Shown here: piece after piece, positions 21,060 through 31,235 of the stretch
Layout: the number at the start of each line of letters is the position of its first letter
How positions within the stretch are numbered: the stretch's first letter is position 1
Virus record (IMG/VR): IMGVR_UViG_2974647559_000001
Location: 20,609 to 84,608 of that record
Origin: a virus
Lineage: Duplodnaviria > Caudoviricetes
Strand: one strand, 5' to 3'
Length of the DNA: 64,000 bases
Translations under genes and position numbers: made by a program
Notes under the pieces: model-generated
Databases searched by the model: none
Told to the model about the DNA's origin: nothing
Seen by the model: only the letters and a program-made list of their open reading frames with translations

Positions 21060-21608
21060 TTATTTCCATCCTCTAATATCTTTAATGTCATTTAAACTGG
21101 TTGGTTTGTAGTTTACTTGTTCACAAGATACACAAAAATACCTTTGATCTGTTAATTCATCATCAGTAGCTACATCGTAGTGGTCTAATACCGATAAATC
21201 TTGTACAACCTTACTATGTAAATGCCCATGAATACAATTCCCGCGATATAGCTCATAATCTGGCACTGGTACGTGTGTGAGCCACAACCCCCAACGCTGC
21301 TCTACACCCATCACACAAACATTCTTATGCTGTAAAGCATATCGCGGTAATGACTTAGCATCGTGATTACCTAATATCAAGTACACTTGTTGAAACTTCT
21401 TAGCATAAGCACTAATACGCCAGAATTCACTCTCTTTAAATATTATATCACCTAGCAGCCAGATGTAATCTTGTTTGTTACCACAAGTCATAATATTTTC
21501 ATGGATAGTCTCGTTGTGTTCTTCTTGTGAGGAAAACTCCTTACGAAACTTCATGTGGATGTTGCTGTGACCAAAATGCGTGTCAGCTATAAAATAATGT
21601 TTAGTCAT
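21060..21608 (-). CDS. Calcineurin-like metallophosphoesterase
   Basis: DTHFGH, LGDI, GNHD, THVP and IHGHLH motifs. Confidence 0.9.
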   Translation of the reverse strand: MTKHYFIADTHFGHSNIHMKFRKEFSSQEEHNETIHENIMTCGNKQDYIWLLGDIIFKESEFWRISAYAKKFQQVYLILGNHDAKSLPRYALQHKNVCVMGVEQRWGLWLTHVPVPDYELYRGNCIHGHLHSKVVQDLSVLDHYDVATDDELTDQRYFCVSCEQVNYKPTSLNDIKDIRGWK

Positions 21609-21609
21609 A

Positions 21610-22422
21610 TTATTCTCCTAAATAAACCACAACACATTCTTGAACTTTCTTTCGATTACCACCGTCACAACTTATTGTACGCTGTACATCAAACAAGTGT
21701 ATTTCGTCTGCGTCTGAATATAGTTCTTCGGTGTATGGTGTCCAGTGGTTACTTATAATCGACGTACACGTACTCTCTTTAGATAACTTTTTCAGTAATT
21801 CATGTTCTGCCTTACCAAAACCTTCTGCTGTATATTTGAAATCAGAGGTTAATGGTACATATGGTGGATCAGAGTAGATTAATTCTTCTTTGTGTGATAA
21901 CTTAAATAATACGTCGAATCCAGTATTGTATAATGTTGTATTATACTGGTGACGTTCATTTAAAAACCTTATGGCCTTTTCTGGCACACTCTTAGGTTTT
22001 GTTGTAACTGTACCAACGGGTACATTAAAACTACCTTTACTGTTGTATCTACACAGACCATTGAATCCGTGTTTATTTAGGTATTGAAATAACGCAGCCC
22101 TCACAACGGATGCGTCAGATTTACTATTAAAACGTTTTCTGAGGTCTGTATACGCATCAGAGCCGCAGTTGAAGAATGCCTCGCAAAAACTCAAATATGT
22201 ATCTGGACAATCCAACATGATTCGGTAACTACCCATCAAGTCTCTATTTAAATCATTCCAAATATAGTATTCAGCATCAAAATTTAAACTTACGTTTGCA
22301 GCACCAACAAAAGGTTCAACAAAAATAGGTTTACGGTGTTTTTCTAATATTGGTAGCAAATGATTTAGTGCCTTACCTTTACCGCCAGCCCATTTCAATG
22401 GGCTGGTATTATAATTACTCAT
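21610..22422 (-). CDS. dam: DNA adenine methyltransferase (Dam family)
   Basis: LKWAGGK, EPFVG, NDLN, NKHGFNGLCRYN, DPPY. Confidence 0.95.
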   Translation of the reverse strand: MSNYNTSPLKWAGGKGKALNHLLPILEKHRKPIFVEPFVGAANVSLNFDAEYYIWNDLNRDLMGSYRIMLDCPDTYLSFCEAFFNCGSDAYTDLRKRFNSKSDASVVRAALFQYLNKHGFNGLCRYNSKGSFNVPVGTVTTKPKSVPEKAIRFLNERHQYNTTLYNTGFDVLFKLSHKEELIYSDPPYVPLTSDFKYTAEGFGKAEHELLKKLSKESTCTSIISNHWTPYTEELYSDADEIHLFDVQRTISCDGGNRKKVQECVVVYLGE

Positions 22423-22445
22423 ATTTTCTCCTTAAATTTTAATCA

Positions 22446-22483
22446 TAAAAATGCCCGACCAACTAATAATAGCAGATCGGGCA
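22446..22483 (-). terminator. Probable minus-strand terminator
   Basis: TGCCCGA..TCGGGCA stem with a T-tract on the minus strand. Confidence 0.5.
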
Positions 22484-22493
22484 AGTAAGTCAA

Positions 22494-23219
22494 TTAATTA
22501 TTTTCATTATTTTCTACTTCGACAATAGAAATTTTACCACCCTCCGCTACATCAACCATAACCCTACCACCGATATAATCAATCAGTTGTTTTTTGGTTA
22601 ATTTAGCCAACACTTCGTCTGGTAATTCCTCAATGAAGTCATCCATCATATCAGCAAGGGCTTCTTCTTGTTTGACCTTGTGTTCTGTTTCAAGCGCCTC
22701 TTGCCGCTTCTCCAATCGAGTGATAATTTCTTGTTCATATAACCATATCTGCTTACCATTCAGAAGTTCATCAATCTCTTTATCTGACAGGAAATGTTTG
22801 TATGTGTCATTAACTAAATCTCTTTCTTCTTTGTCAATGTGTTCCACCATAGCTTTAACTTCATGGTGAGATCCACCCGTACCGTAACTAACTACGTGGC
22901 ACAGCATTGATACGTGCCTACCAACATGGCACACATCACAGTTGAGGAAAAGATAACTTCCTGCACTGTGTGCGCTACTCATTAAGTAGCCATGAATTTC
23001 GGCACGACAATTCCGCATCAAATTCATCAGGGTGATCATAGACTCCCCATTACCCCCTCTAGTTGAGAAGTAAATCTCAACAATATCTTCCTCATTTGCT
23101 GCAAGAAGAACGTCACAGAAGTAGCTGTAGTTATCTGGTTCGTCTATTTGTGAATCAAATTTAAGTATATGTGTCATACTTCGCGGGTAACTGTACGGTA
23201 ATGTTTTTTCTTTGTACAT
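22494..23219 (-). CDS. ClpP-like serine protease
   Basis: IYFSTRGG, AHSAGSYLF (catalytic Ser), LCH (His). Confidence 0.8.
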   Translation of the reverse strand: MYKEKTLPYSYPRSMTHILKFDSQIDEPDNYSYFCDVLLAANEEDIVEIYFSTRGGNGESMITLMNLMRNCRAEIHGYLMSSAHSAGSYLFLNCDVCHVGRHVSMLCHVVSYGTGGSHHEVKAMVEHIDKEERDLVNDTYKHFLSDKEIDELLNGKQIWLYEQEIITRLEKRQEALETEHKVKQEEALADMMDDFIEELPDEVLAKLTKKQLIDYIGGRVMVDVAEGGKISIVEVENNENN

Positions 23220-23230
23220 ATATATGCTCC

Positions 23231-24016
23231 TTAAATTTCGTCAAAGGCTTTAACAAACAACTTAGCCAATCCAGAACGAACTACATCATCCCTATCGAAA
23301 TAAACCATACCTATGTTGTTAGTAAGCTCAGCATAATCGTCACCATCCAAATAACTCGGAGTTTCTTTTCGTAATGAATGGATCAGGTTTAGGATAAAAG
23401 TCAAACCACTATCACCTTTTATGTCTTGCTGCCAAGGTTTAGTGTCCCCACAAACGATCATCTGACTACCTTCGTCAATCCTTGTGACTAATGTTTGCAT
23501 AGTCTTAATGTCAGTATTGGAACCTTCATCTACAACAATCACCGACCTTTTATAACTCCGTCCTCGGCAATCCTCTAAGGCTTCCATTACAATCTGCCCA
23601 TTCTCCAGAGCATATTCAAATTGACCATTACCAAGAATTTGCTTAATGGGGTCTAGCATTGATTGCATAATTGGCATCAATTTTTCAGTTGTTGTTCCCG
23701 GTCTTAGTCCAATACTCCGACCCACTGATTCGTAGGGACGGATAAGTACAATGCGATCTACTTCACCTTTCAAGAAGCGATTGACTGCATGCACACAAGC
23801 TACGAATGTTTTCCCAGACCCACTAGCACCTACACTATATACCAACTGCTTAGTTTTGAGCATTTCAATATACTTTGCTTGATTTGCTGTCTTTGCAACC
23901 AGCGGGTAAACCTTGGCTTGTTTTTCTTCTACGAACTTCTGCCGTACAGGTTTAATTGCAGTTTCATCGTCTACTTTTCGCCGACGAGTGCGGGGTGAGT
24001 TGTTTGCACCTTTCAT
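23231..24016 (-). CDS. phoH: PhoH-like ATPase
   Basis: GASGSGKT, LIRP, RGRS, VVDEGSN, VCGDTKPWQQD, RSGL. Confidence 0.92.
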   Translation of the reverse strand: MKGANNSPRTRRRKVDDETAIKPVRQKFVEEKQAKVYPLVAKTANQAKYIEMLKTKQLVYSVGASGSGKTFVACVHAVNRFLKGEVDRIVLIRPYESVGRSIGLRPGTTTEKLMPIMQSMLDPIKQILGNGQFEYALENGQIVMEALEDCRGRSYKRSVIVVDEGSNTDIKTMQTLVTRIDEGSQMIVCGDTKPWQQDIKGDSGLTFILNLIHSLRKETPSYLDGDDYAELTNNIGMVYFDRDDVVRSGLAKLFVKAFDEI

Positions 24017-26254
24017 ACTTCCTCCAATGTAATTTTCATCTTTAGTTCAACCCAAGGGTAATATTTAACCGTCATATTGTGATAATAAAAAGAAAAACCT
24101 TTCAACTCTAATTTGTGTACCAATTGTTTTATGTTATCAAATAAAAACCTATCCTGCGCCATAAAACCAGACTCTCTGACCTTCACGTTTCTGCTGGGGT
24201 GTTGCATACACTCTGCAATTATACCAAGGGCAACCCCAGTAGATTTACCTGTGCAACGATCTTCTAAATTGATCCCTTGTTGTATATAATTAACAACACA
24301 CTCTGGGTTATTCTCCCATAACCATCTACTTACACGTATTGACATATTACACCTCCTCAAAATACGGAGATAAGAAATCAACTTCGTAATCATCTAAGTC
24401 AACACTTGTAACAAAATTATATGCCTTAGATTTCAACACATCATACAATCTTTGCACAACTTCTCGATCAATATACCAAGAATTTTCATCCTTATTCTTT
24501 TCGTCTTGTAGGTATTTAACACAAGCATTTAGCACGATAAGTTTATCAACTTTGAAAACTGCCATATTATTTCTCCTTATTTAATTAACGAAGTTAATGT
24601 ACCACTTTATTCTTCTGAGCCTTCTCTTGCTCAATACCACCATCAATCAATTTAAGGATATTCTCAGCATGTTTTTGTAACACATCATCAATTGCTCCAT
24701 AGAATACTTGATAATTATCGGATGTCAACACATTTAAAATCTTAGCTACTTCTTTGTCAGTCATTACAGTGAGTAGATTATCATATACACGTTGAGCCAG
24801 AGGGTTACTCTTCTCTAATTCATATTGTAACTCCAACCCACGTTGGTTAGCTGTATAGAAAGCTAATTCATCTTCGTCCATATTATCTGAATTTGTGTTA
24901 ATGAATGTTTTAATTTCATTAAGTTGATTCAATACAGGCTTCGATGATAAGTCGAAAAATTCCTCAAGTTGTTTTATAGCTTTAGTTGTCATCATACTCT
25001 CCTTCTAAATCCAAGTTAAATTCATCACTACGTTCAAGTAGGTCATATATATCACACATATCTAAGTTAATCAATATTATTCTCCTTTAATTTTTATAAG
25101 TATCTCACAATATATTGCTAGAGTCAAGATAAATATTAATTTATCTACATGAATATCGAGAAATCTCTATTATGTTCTAGCACAATATCGTCATAATCAG
25201 CTTTCTTGTAATGACCGGAATTGATCTTATGCACCATTGTGTGATAACTCGCCTCAACCCCACCATCCATAATAGTCATAGGAATATCTAATATGTAACA
25301 GTCTACACCTATAGCTTTGGTATCTTTTGGTGTACTTAGACGGTAAGAGCAATATATCAGTTTTTGTCTATCAATGTCAACTAACACATTCTCATATTTG
25401 CGATAATTACCAGCACTGGTGTACGCATATACAGTTTTTAATTTGAAGTCTTTAAATTTGTTTGACATAAATCACTCCTTACAGTATTTCTTGATATCTC
25501 TTTCACTTTTACGTTGGTCATCCCTAGCCTTACGTTGTGATCTGATTAATCTTAACTTATCTCCCCTAGCTTGGAATATTGGTTTTAGCTGTTCATAAAT
25601 ATATTCACGCTCGTCACCTGTCAGGTAACTAACACTTTCATCACTAATAAAACGAGGGGCATCAAAACTACATAAGTTGATATCAAGAACACCTAATACA
25701 TTTTGTTGTTTAAACTGTTTATCCAATAATATATAAAGGTTATAACCCCACTTATAATTGTCACGTAGATATTCCTTACTAGCTTTGCTGTCCAAATTCA
25801 ACCTAAACCTATCTGGATTATTCTTCACCAACTCAACAAAACTAATCACTGGCTCAGAAATATCTGGTGGTGTTTTCTTAAACAAACTCTTAATCCAATT
25901 AATCATATATTCTCCTTATTATAATTTCAATTTTAAGCTGCCTGTAGAAGCCTACAAGACGTTATATCACATTACCTAATACGAACGTACTGCTATGGTG
26001 CTATAAATCCTTGTAGGCACTTACAGGCACTCCAAATATTCATCAATCTCACTTACTAAAAAATCATCCATACCACATGACCAAACTCTATCACGAACAC
26101 GACCAGTCCACAACACCTTAGCTGAATTTTTATCACCAGTAGCTAGATTGGCTAGGAAGTCACCAACAACCCTAGGATTGATAGTTTGTTTATACATATT
26201 AGTCAGTACAGATATCTCTGATAGTGCTTCGTGGATGGTTGAATTATTTAACAT
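24013..26254 (-). other. Small hypothetical ORFs (24013-24349 region, 24347-24565, 24594-24995, 25145-25468, 25472-25906, 26021-26254)
   Basis: Co-oriented, RBS present; internal promoter TTGACT-17-GATACT at 25099-25127 (minus strand). Confidence 0.65.
25932..26037. repeat. Dispersed ~104-bp element, copy 4
   Basis: TTTAA..CTGTAGAAGCCTACAAG..GAACGTACT (+51)..CTTGTAG..CTTACAGG. Confidence 0.7.
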
Positions 26255-26423
26255 TTTTCTCTCCTAACGCATAAGCTAATCCTGTAATACATGATGATAA
26301 GAATACACCTAATAAAGATGATGGTGCCTGTGGTACAGTAACCCACCATACAGTAGCCTGAGCAAACGCCAATAACATTAATGTTTTGTTCATTTATTTT
26401 CTCCTTCTCACTTAACTTCCGTC

Positions 26424-26609
26424 ATTATTACCCATATAAATCCACCTGTCAACACAGAAACACAAATATTTTAAATATATTTAGTTGTTGACAGGGTGGT
26501 GTTCAGTGTTCTAATATGTTCAGGAATGTTGAACGTTGTAGGTAAATGAACGGACTAACGCAAATAAAGTCTTTAGTTTCCTTGACAACTGTAATATATA
26601 TGCTATACT
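26424..26609. promoter_or_regulatory. Divergent promoter region
   Basis: Leftward TTGACA-17-AATAAT (26452-26424); rightward TTGACA at 26488 and TTGACA-16-TATACT at 26582-26609. Confidence 0.7.
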
Positions 26610-26638
26610 TAAGTGGATTTAAACAGAACGGAGTGAAT

Positions 26639-26851
26639 ATGTTACAAAAAGAGATGATAACACAACACTTGGCTAAGCAACTTAGACACCACCTTTTGGA
26701 TCAAGGTATCTCAGTTAATGAGTTTGCTAAACAGCAAGGTAAGACACGGCAGACTATTAGTTTGTATCTGAATGGTAAGGTCAGCATTGATAGTCTGGTA
26801 GATATGCTGGATGAATTGGGTTGTGGAGTTACTGTATTGGTGCGGAGGTAA
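26639..26851 (+). CDS. Cro/C1-type (XRE) HTH regulator; likely start at 26639
   Basis: GISVNEFAKQQGKTRQTISLYLNGK..SIDSLVDMLDELG. Confidence 0.8.
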   Translation: MLQKEMITQHLAKQLRHHLLDQGISVNEFAKQQGKTRQTISLYLNGKVSIDSLVDMLDELGCGVTVLVRR

Positions 26852-26861
26852 GTATGTAACC

Positions 26862-27117
26862 GACAAATTGTCTTATAGACCACCAGACATTTTGTCCAAC
26901 AACCAACCGACAAATTGTCTTGCTAATAAGATAGAGTAAAGTAAGATAGAAAATAAATAAAATAGAATTAAAGAAAGATGACACCAACAGACTTTTTGTC
27001 TGATACAAGACTTTACACTAAAAGCTAAAAAGCTTGTTGTTTTGTGTGTATTCTTAATCTTTTATTCTGTTTTGGTGTATAAACAAGTTAAATAGATAAA
27101 CCACCCGACTTTTTGTC
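26862..27117. repeat. Five 11-bp quasi-palindromes GAC(W3)TTGTC
   Basis: 26862, 26886, 26909, 26990, 27107. Confidence 0.85.
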
Positions 27118-27138
27118 TGTTGGTTAATGGAGGTGTTA

Positions 27139-27249
27139 ATGTTTATTCTTATACCAAAGGAACTACTCTTGTGGATAGATGAGAACAGAGGTTCTTTATC
27201 AAGACAAGCTTTTGTCATTGAGTGTATGTTCTCCTTAAAGAAAGGTTAA
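27139..27249 (+). CDS. 36-aa ribbon-helix-helix-like mini-protein (absent from the ORF track)
   Basis: MFILIPKELLLWIDENRGSLSRQAFVIECMFSLKKG; strong GGAGGTG RBS. Confidence 0.55.
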   Translation: MFILIPKELLLWIDENRGSLSRQAFVIECMFSLKKG

Positions 27250-27289
27250 CTTTAACCCTAGTCTAATACTAAAATACTAAGGACTAACT

Positions 27290-27808
27290 ATGATTAAAAA
27301 TACATTTACAAAAATAGGCGATCATCTGCTGATGTGTGGTGCTGTTGTATCACCAGATGGTGAGGTGATTAAAGTAACTGCTGCTGACAAGCTAATCCTA
27401 GCCTTTATGCACCACAGGTGGAACTACTTTGTTGTGGAAGAAAAACAAGAGTATTGGGATTCTATGGAATATATAGCACTCCGTACAGGTAACAACGTAA
27501 AAACCGTTGAGCGTTGCGTGTCTAAGTTCACTAAAGCTGGTATACTGTTAGCAGAGAAGCGTTTTGACAAAAAGAAGAAACATAACAAGTGGTTTTGGTT
27601 GGGTTTTTCTGAGGTGAAATATATGGTTACTAAGAAAGACGGTGGTATGGAATTTGTTAAGGAGGGTATGGAAGCATATAAACCGAAACCACACTACAAA
27701 GAAGATAACACTGCCGCAAAACCAGCACTAGAGGATTTTGATATGTTGGTTCCATATAGTGACTATGACCATGATGTAACAATGAGTATGTGGGAGGCAG
27801 GTTTATGA
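27290..27808 (+). CDS. Winged-HTH protein resembling phage/plasmid replication initiators
   Basis: TAADKLILAFM..SMEYIALRTGNNVKTVERCVSKFTKAGILL. Confidence 0.55.
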   Translation: MIKNTFTKIGDHLLMCGAVVSPDGEVIKVTAADKLILAFMHHRWNYFVVEEKQEYWDSMEYIALRTGNNVKTVERCVSKFTKAGILLAEKRFDKKKKHNKWFWLGFSEVKYMVTKKDGGMEFVKEGMEAYKPKPHYKEDNTAAKPALEDFDMLVPYSDYDHDVTMSMWEAGL

Positions 27809-27848
27809 ATGGTTACTATGTTGATGTGGGTTAGGAGTGAAATAACCA

Positions 27849-29677
27849 TTGACAATCACAATAACCTCTGCCACAATTAGCGCAGATCAATAATTAAGGA
27901 GATAAATTATGAAAGAGTTAGAGTTTTTTGAAAAATATTTTTCATTTAGACTTAAAATGGAAAAAGAGAACAACGTAATGTTACAAGTGACACCAAGTTG
28001 CGGTATGTGGATGGATAAATCTTCAATGAAAGACGTACAGCGTTTTGGGGCTGAGATCATGAAAAACACACTTGAAAAAGCCTTTCCGAACCTAATCATA
28101 GGCGTTTATCACCCAGAGCAATTAGATGTTTGGGTTAACAATGGTAGTCAAATGTCACTTGGTAAGTGTCACATATCTGATTTAAAAGAGTTAAACGAGA
28201 AAGCATCTGAAATAATAAATGGTAGGTTGTTTTGGTGCAGCGGTTGCAACCAATTCTTGGGTAAGGTTCTTCACAGTGCATCTGTGTTCTCTGGACACTA
28301 CTGTAGTGATTGTGTAACCAACAATCCAAAAATTAAAGCTTTAGTTAATGAAAGCAAAAGACCAAACTTTTACGATTAAGGAGAATAAATTATGATAATC
28401 ACAACAACAGACAATCAACGCATTAAAGTGGATAGCTTTAGTCAATATCAACTTGTAGAACGTAAGAAGGTTAATCGTGGATGCTTCCGATGGCTTGCAG
28501 TATTACTATTGTTTTGGCCTGCATTGATCCTTTGGTTCTTTGTCGGTGATAATGCAATGTATGTCCGTATAGACGGGACAATGTATCTGATTAATGAGTT
28601 TCAATATAATCGTTTGGTGGACTTTTTGGATGGTGGTGAGATATGAAAACAGTTAGTGAGTTGAAGGTTTCCTTAAAATCTGGTGAATATCATGGTGTTA
28701 ATATTATGGAAGCTTTGTGTACAATAGAAAATCAGCAAAGACAAATTGCAGAACTTACTCATACACTGAATGAGTTGTATGAAATAACCGATGAAGTTTG
28801 GTGCAATGAAGGTTTAGAGTTAGTTAGACATTTAAAACTTAGAAATGTCTTAAAGAAAGTAGATAAAATTTTGGAGGGTAATTAGTATGAATGGTGTTCT
28901 TACAAGGCAAGTTTAACCACTCTACAGAAGCCTACAAGCTACTTTAGTAGCCACCATAAGTCAACATATTACTTAGGATAGATAATGGCTCAGAAGTGGC
29001 TGTAGGGTTGTTTAAATTGATTTTAATTGTATAGGAGAATTGTAATGAAAGATTGTTTAGGAAATGATGTAAAAGTCGGAGATAAAATCCTAGTCGCAGA
29101 ATCAATACAAGATTATGCCGAGATGAAAGTTAAGTATGTGTTGGAAATTCAGACTAAAAACAATTACCTTGGACAAGGGTTTCATCTAGCAAGGGTGAGT
29201 GAGAATCCTTATGACACACATTACAGCGATGCAATTTACTTGCTAGAGCGTGTATAACATGGATTATTTCAAAGTAGAGGATGTACAAGAAGGTAAATTT
29301 TTAAATCTAGCCATTGGGGAAACCGGAGATATTTCGTTCTCTTGGTCGCCTAACCATGAGCTAGCTAGGCCAATATTAGATATATTTTCCAGAAGGAATT
29401 TATTAGAGAAATATGGTCTTTGTAAACCAGATTATATTTGGCATAAGTGTGATCAATTTGGGAGGTTTTTGTAATGCTTAATTTATTTAGAAAGGAACAT
29501 AAACGGAGCGAATGGTTTGAAGGATTACTACGTGCTGAACTCGTTCAACAGAACTTTAGTTACGAGAGTAATTATAGTTATTTTGTTTTTGAGATCCAAA
29601 ACCGTAGAGCTGATGAGCTTATACTTGGATACAAGAATTACTTGGACTATTACCAAGACGTTTTGAGCAAGGTTTGA
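27849..29677 (+). other. Promoter (TTGACA-17-CACAAT, 27849-27877) and small ORFs 27909-28379 (C4 Zn finger), 28392-28646 (TM), 28643-28885, 29027-29257, 29250-29474, 29474-29677
   Basis: ORF packing, RBS motifs, CxxC motifs. Confidence 0.65.
28912..29016. repeat. Dispersed ~104-bp element, copy 5
   Basis: TTTAA..CTACAGAAGCCTACAAG..CAACATATT (+50)..TAGATAATGGCT..GTTGTTTAAA (+101). Confidence 0.7.
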
Positions 29678-29765
29678 TTTATTTTGAAAATAATTAAAAT
29701 AAAATTTGACTTTTGAATTTATATAGACTACATTTAGTTGAATTGGATTGATTTAGGATAATAAT

Positions 29766-30425
29766 ATGAAAAATGTTAGACGAGAAGATTGGGAGTCCTT
29801 ACAGCCAACTGTTTTCGGTTGGGGAATAAATGATGTTGAATATAATGTTCATAAAACAAAGATGGTAAGTAATAAACAGGAGATAGTGTGGAGATGCCCT
29901 TACTACAGGAAGTGGGTAAAGATAATTGAAAGGTGCTTGTGCCCTAAATTCCAAGAAAAGTACCCAACCTACAGAGGTTGTACAGTGGCCGAAGATTGGA
30001 GATACTTTAGCAATTTTATTAAGTGGGTTGATTCTCAGCCCAATAAAGACTGGATAAATTGCGAACCCGATAAAGACATTTTGTTTGAAGGTAATAAGCA
30101 TTATTCCCCTGAAACTGTTGTTTTTGTTTCTAGGGGAGTTAATGTGTTTATCGTAGATAGCGCGAAAGACAGAGGAGACCATATGATTGGGGTTAGTTAC
30201 GTACCGGACAATAGCAAAATAAACCCCTATCAAGCTAGGTGCAGCAACCCCTTTGGGAAAGGTAGGCACATAGGATCATACCCTACAGAGCTAGAAGCTC
30301 ACAAAGCTTGGCAAGCTAAGAAACATGAATATGCTTGTATGTTAGCTGATTTACAAGAAGATGAACGTGTGTCGAAATTACTCTATGAGCGTTACACTCC
30401 ATATAAAGATTGGACAAATAGATAA
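29766..30425 (+). CDS. Free-standing HNH-type homing endonuclease with AP2-like C-terminus
   Basis: GWGIND, CPYYRKW, YRGCTV..W..FSNF, DKDIL..GNKHYSPET; own promoter TTGACT-17-TACATT (29706-29734). Confidence 0.75.
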   Translation: MKNVRREDWESLQPTVFGWGINDVEYNVHKTKMVSNKQEIVWRCPYYRKWVKIIERCLCPKFQEKYPTYRGCTVAEDWRYFSNFIKWVDSQPNKDWINCEPDKDILFEGNKHYSPETVVFVSRGVNVFIVDSAKDRGDHMIGVSYVPDNSKINPYQARCSNPFGKGRHIGSYPTELEAHKAWQAKKHEYACMLADLQEDERVSKLLYERYTPYKDWTNR

Positions 30426-30503
30426 ATTTAAATAAAATGCTTGACGTATTTTAAATACCGAGGTATACTTAGTAAAATCCAATATAAATAAAAAGAGTTC
30501 ATC

Positions 30504-30704
30504 ATGAAGTCCCGTTGTAAGGCTTGCAATGAACCCTTCTCCCCTACCTTGCACACTGATTTAGGGGGAAGGTTCATTCGCTTCGAAGATATGTGTAGTG
30601 AATGTATATCACTTTGCCATCAAGAAGAAAATTACCAAGATATATTTGAACATCTTTGGGTAAAACCTATTGATAACTTTTCTTCTTATGAAGAAACTGA
30701 ATAA
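30504..30704 (+). CDS. Small Zn-finger protein
   Basis: RCKAC..MCSEC; promoter TTGACG-17-TATACT (30441-30469). Confidence 0.6.
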   Translation: MKSRCKACNEPFSPTLHTDLGGRFIRFEDMCSECISLCHQEENYQDIFEHLWVKPIDNFSSYEETE

Positions 30705-30782
30705 CTTGTGGATAGCTATTGCATTTATTATTAATACATGTTATAATATAGTATAAGACTATAAATTATTAAGGACATACAA

Positions 30783-31211
30783 ATGTCTGAAGAAATCAAA
30801 TCTGTAGATACCGACGATATTGAAGAAGATAAGCCAGTTGTTGTCCGTAACGAAAAAGGACAGTTCATAAAGGGTGTGTCAGGTAATCCCAACGGAAGGG
30901 GTAAAGGTAATCAGTCTAAGCTCAACAAGACTAAGTTAATTACCCAATATAATAAGTATGGTACAAAATCCTTTGAAGATATTGTACGTCTTGGCAAGAA
31001 AGCTGAGAAAGCTGGTCAACTAACCACAGCACTAAAAGCTGCCATGTTTATAGCAGAAAAACACTTGCAGATGGTTTTACAGCAAGATAAAACAGCATTA
31101 GAATTACAAAAGCTTCGCATGAAAGAATCTAAAGATGATGGTGATTCTGATGAAGAAGATAAGGACCTGACACAAGCCATTTTCGAGTGGCAACGTGCAG
31201 AGAATGATTAA
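30783..31211 (+). CDS. terS: Putative terminase small subunit
   Basis: GQFIKGVSGNPNGRGKG motif; position upstream of terL; promoter TTGCAT-17-TATAAT (30719-30747). Confidence 0.65.
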   Translation: MSEEIKSVDTDDIEEDKPVVVRNEKGQFIKGVSGNPNGRGKGNQSKLNKTKLITQYNKYGTKSFEDIVRLGKKAEKAGQLTTALKAAMFIAEKHLQMVLQQDKTALELQKLRMKESKDDGDSDEEDKDLTQAIFEWQRAEND

Positions 31212-31235
31212 AGATTTCATAACTACAACAACATC

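Larger units (their letters stand above)
17245..21091 (-). other. Run of small hypothetical ORFs (17245-17481, 17447-17782, 17766-17999, 17996-18433, 18420-18605, 18997-19311, 19393-19746, 19755-19970, 19957-20220, 20224-20463, 20798-21091)
   Basis: Dense co-oriented packing with RBS motifs. Confidence 0.7.
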
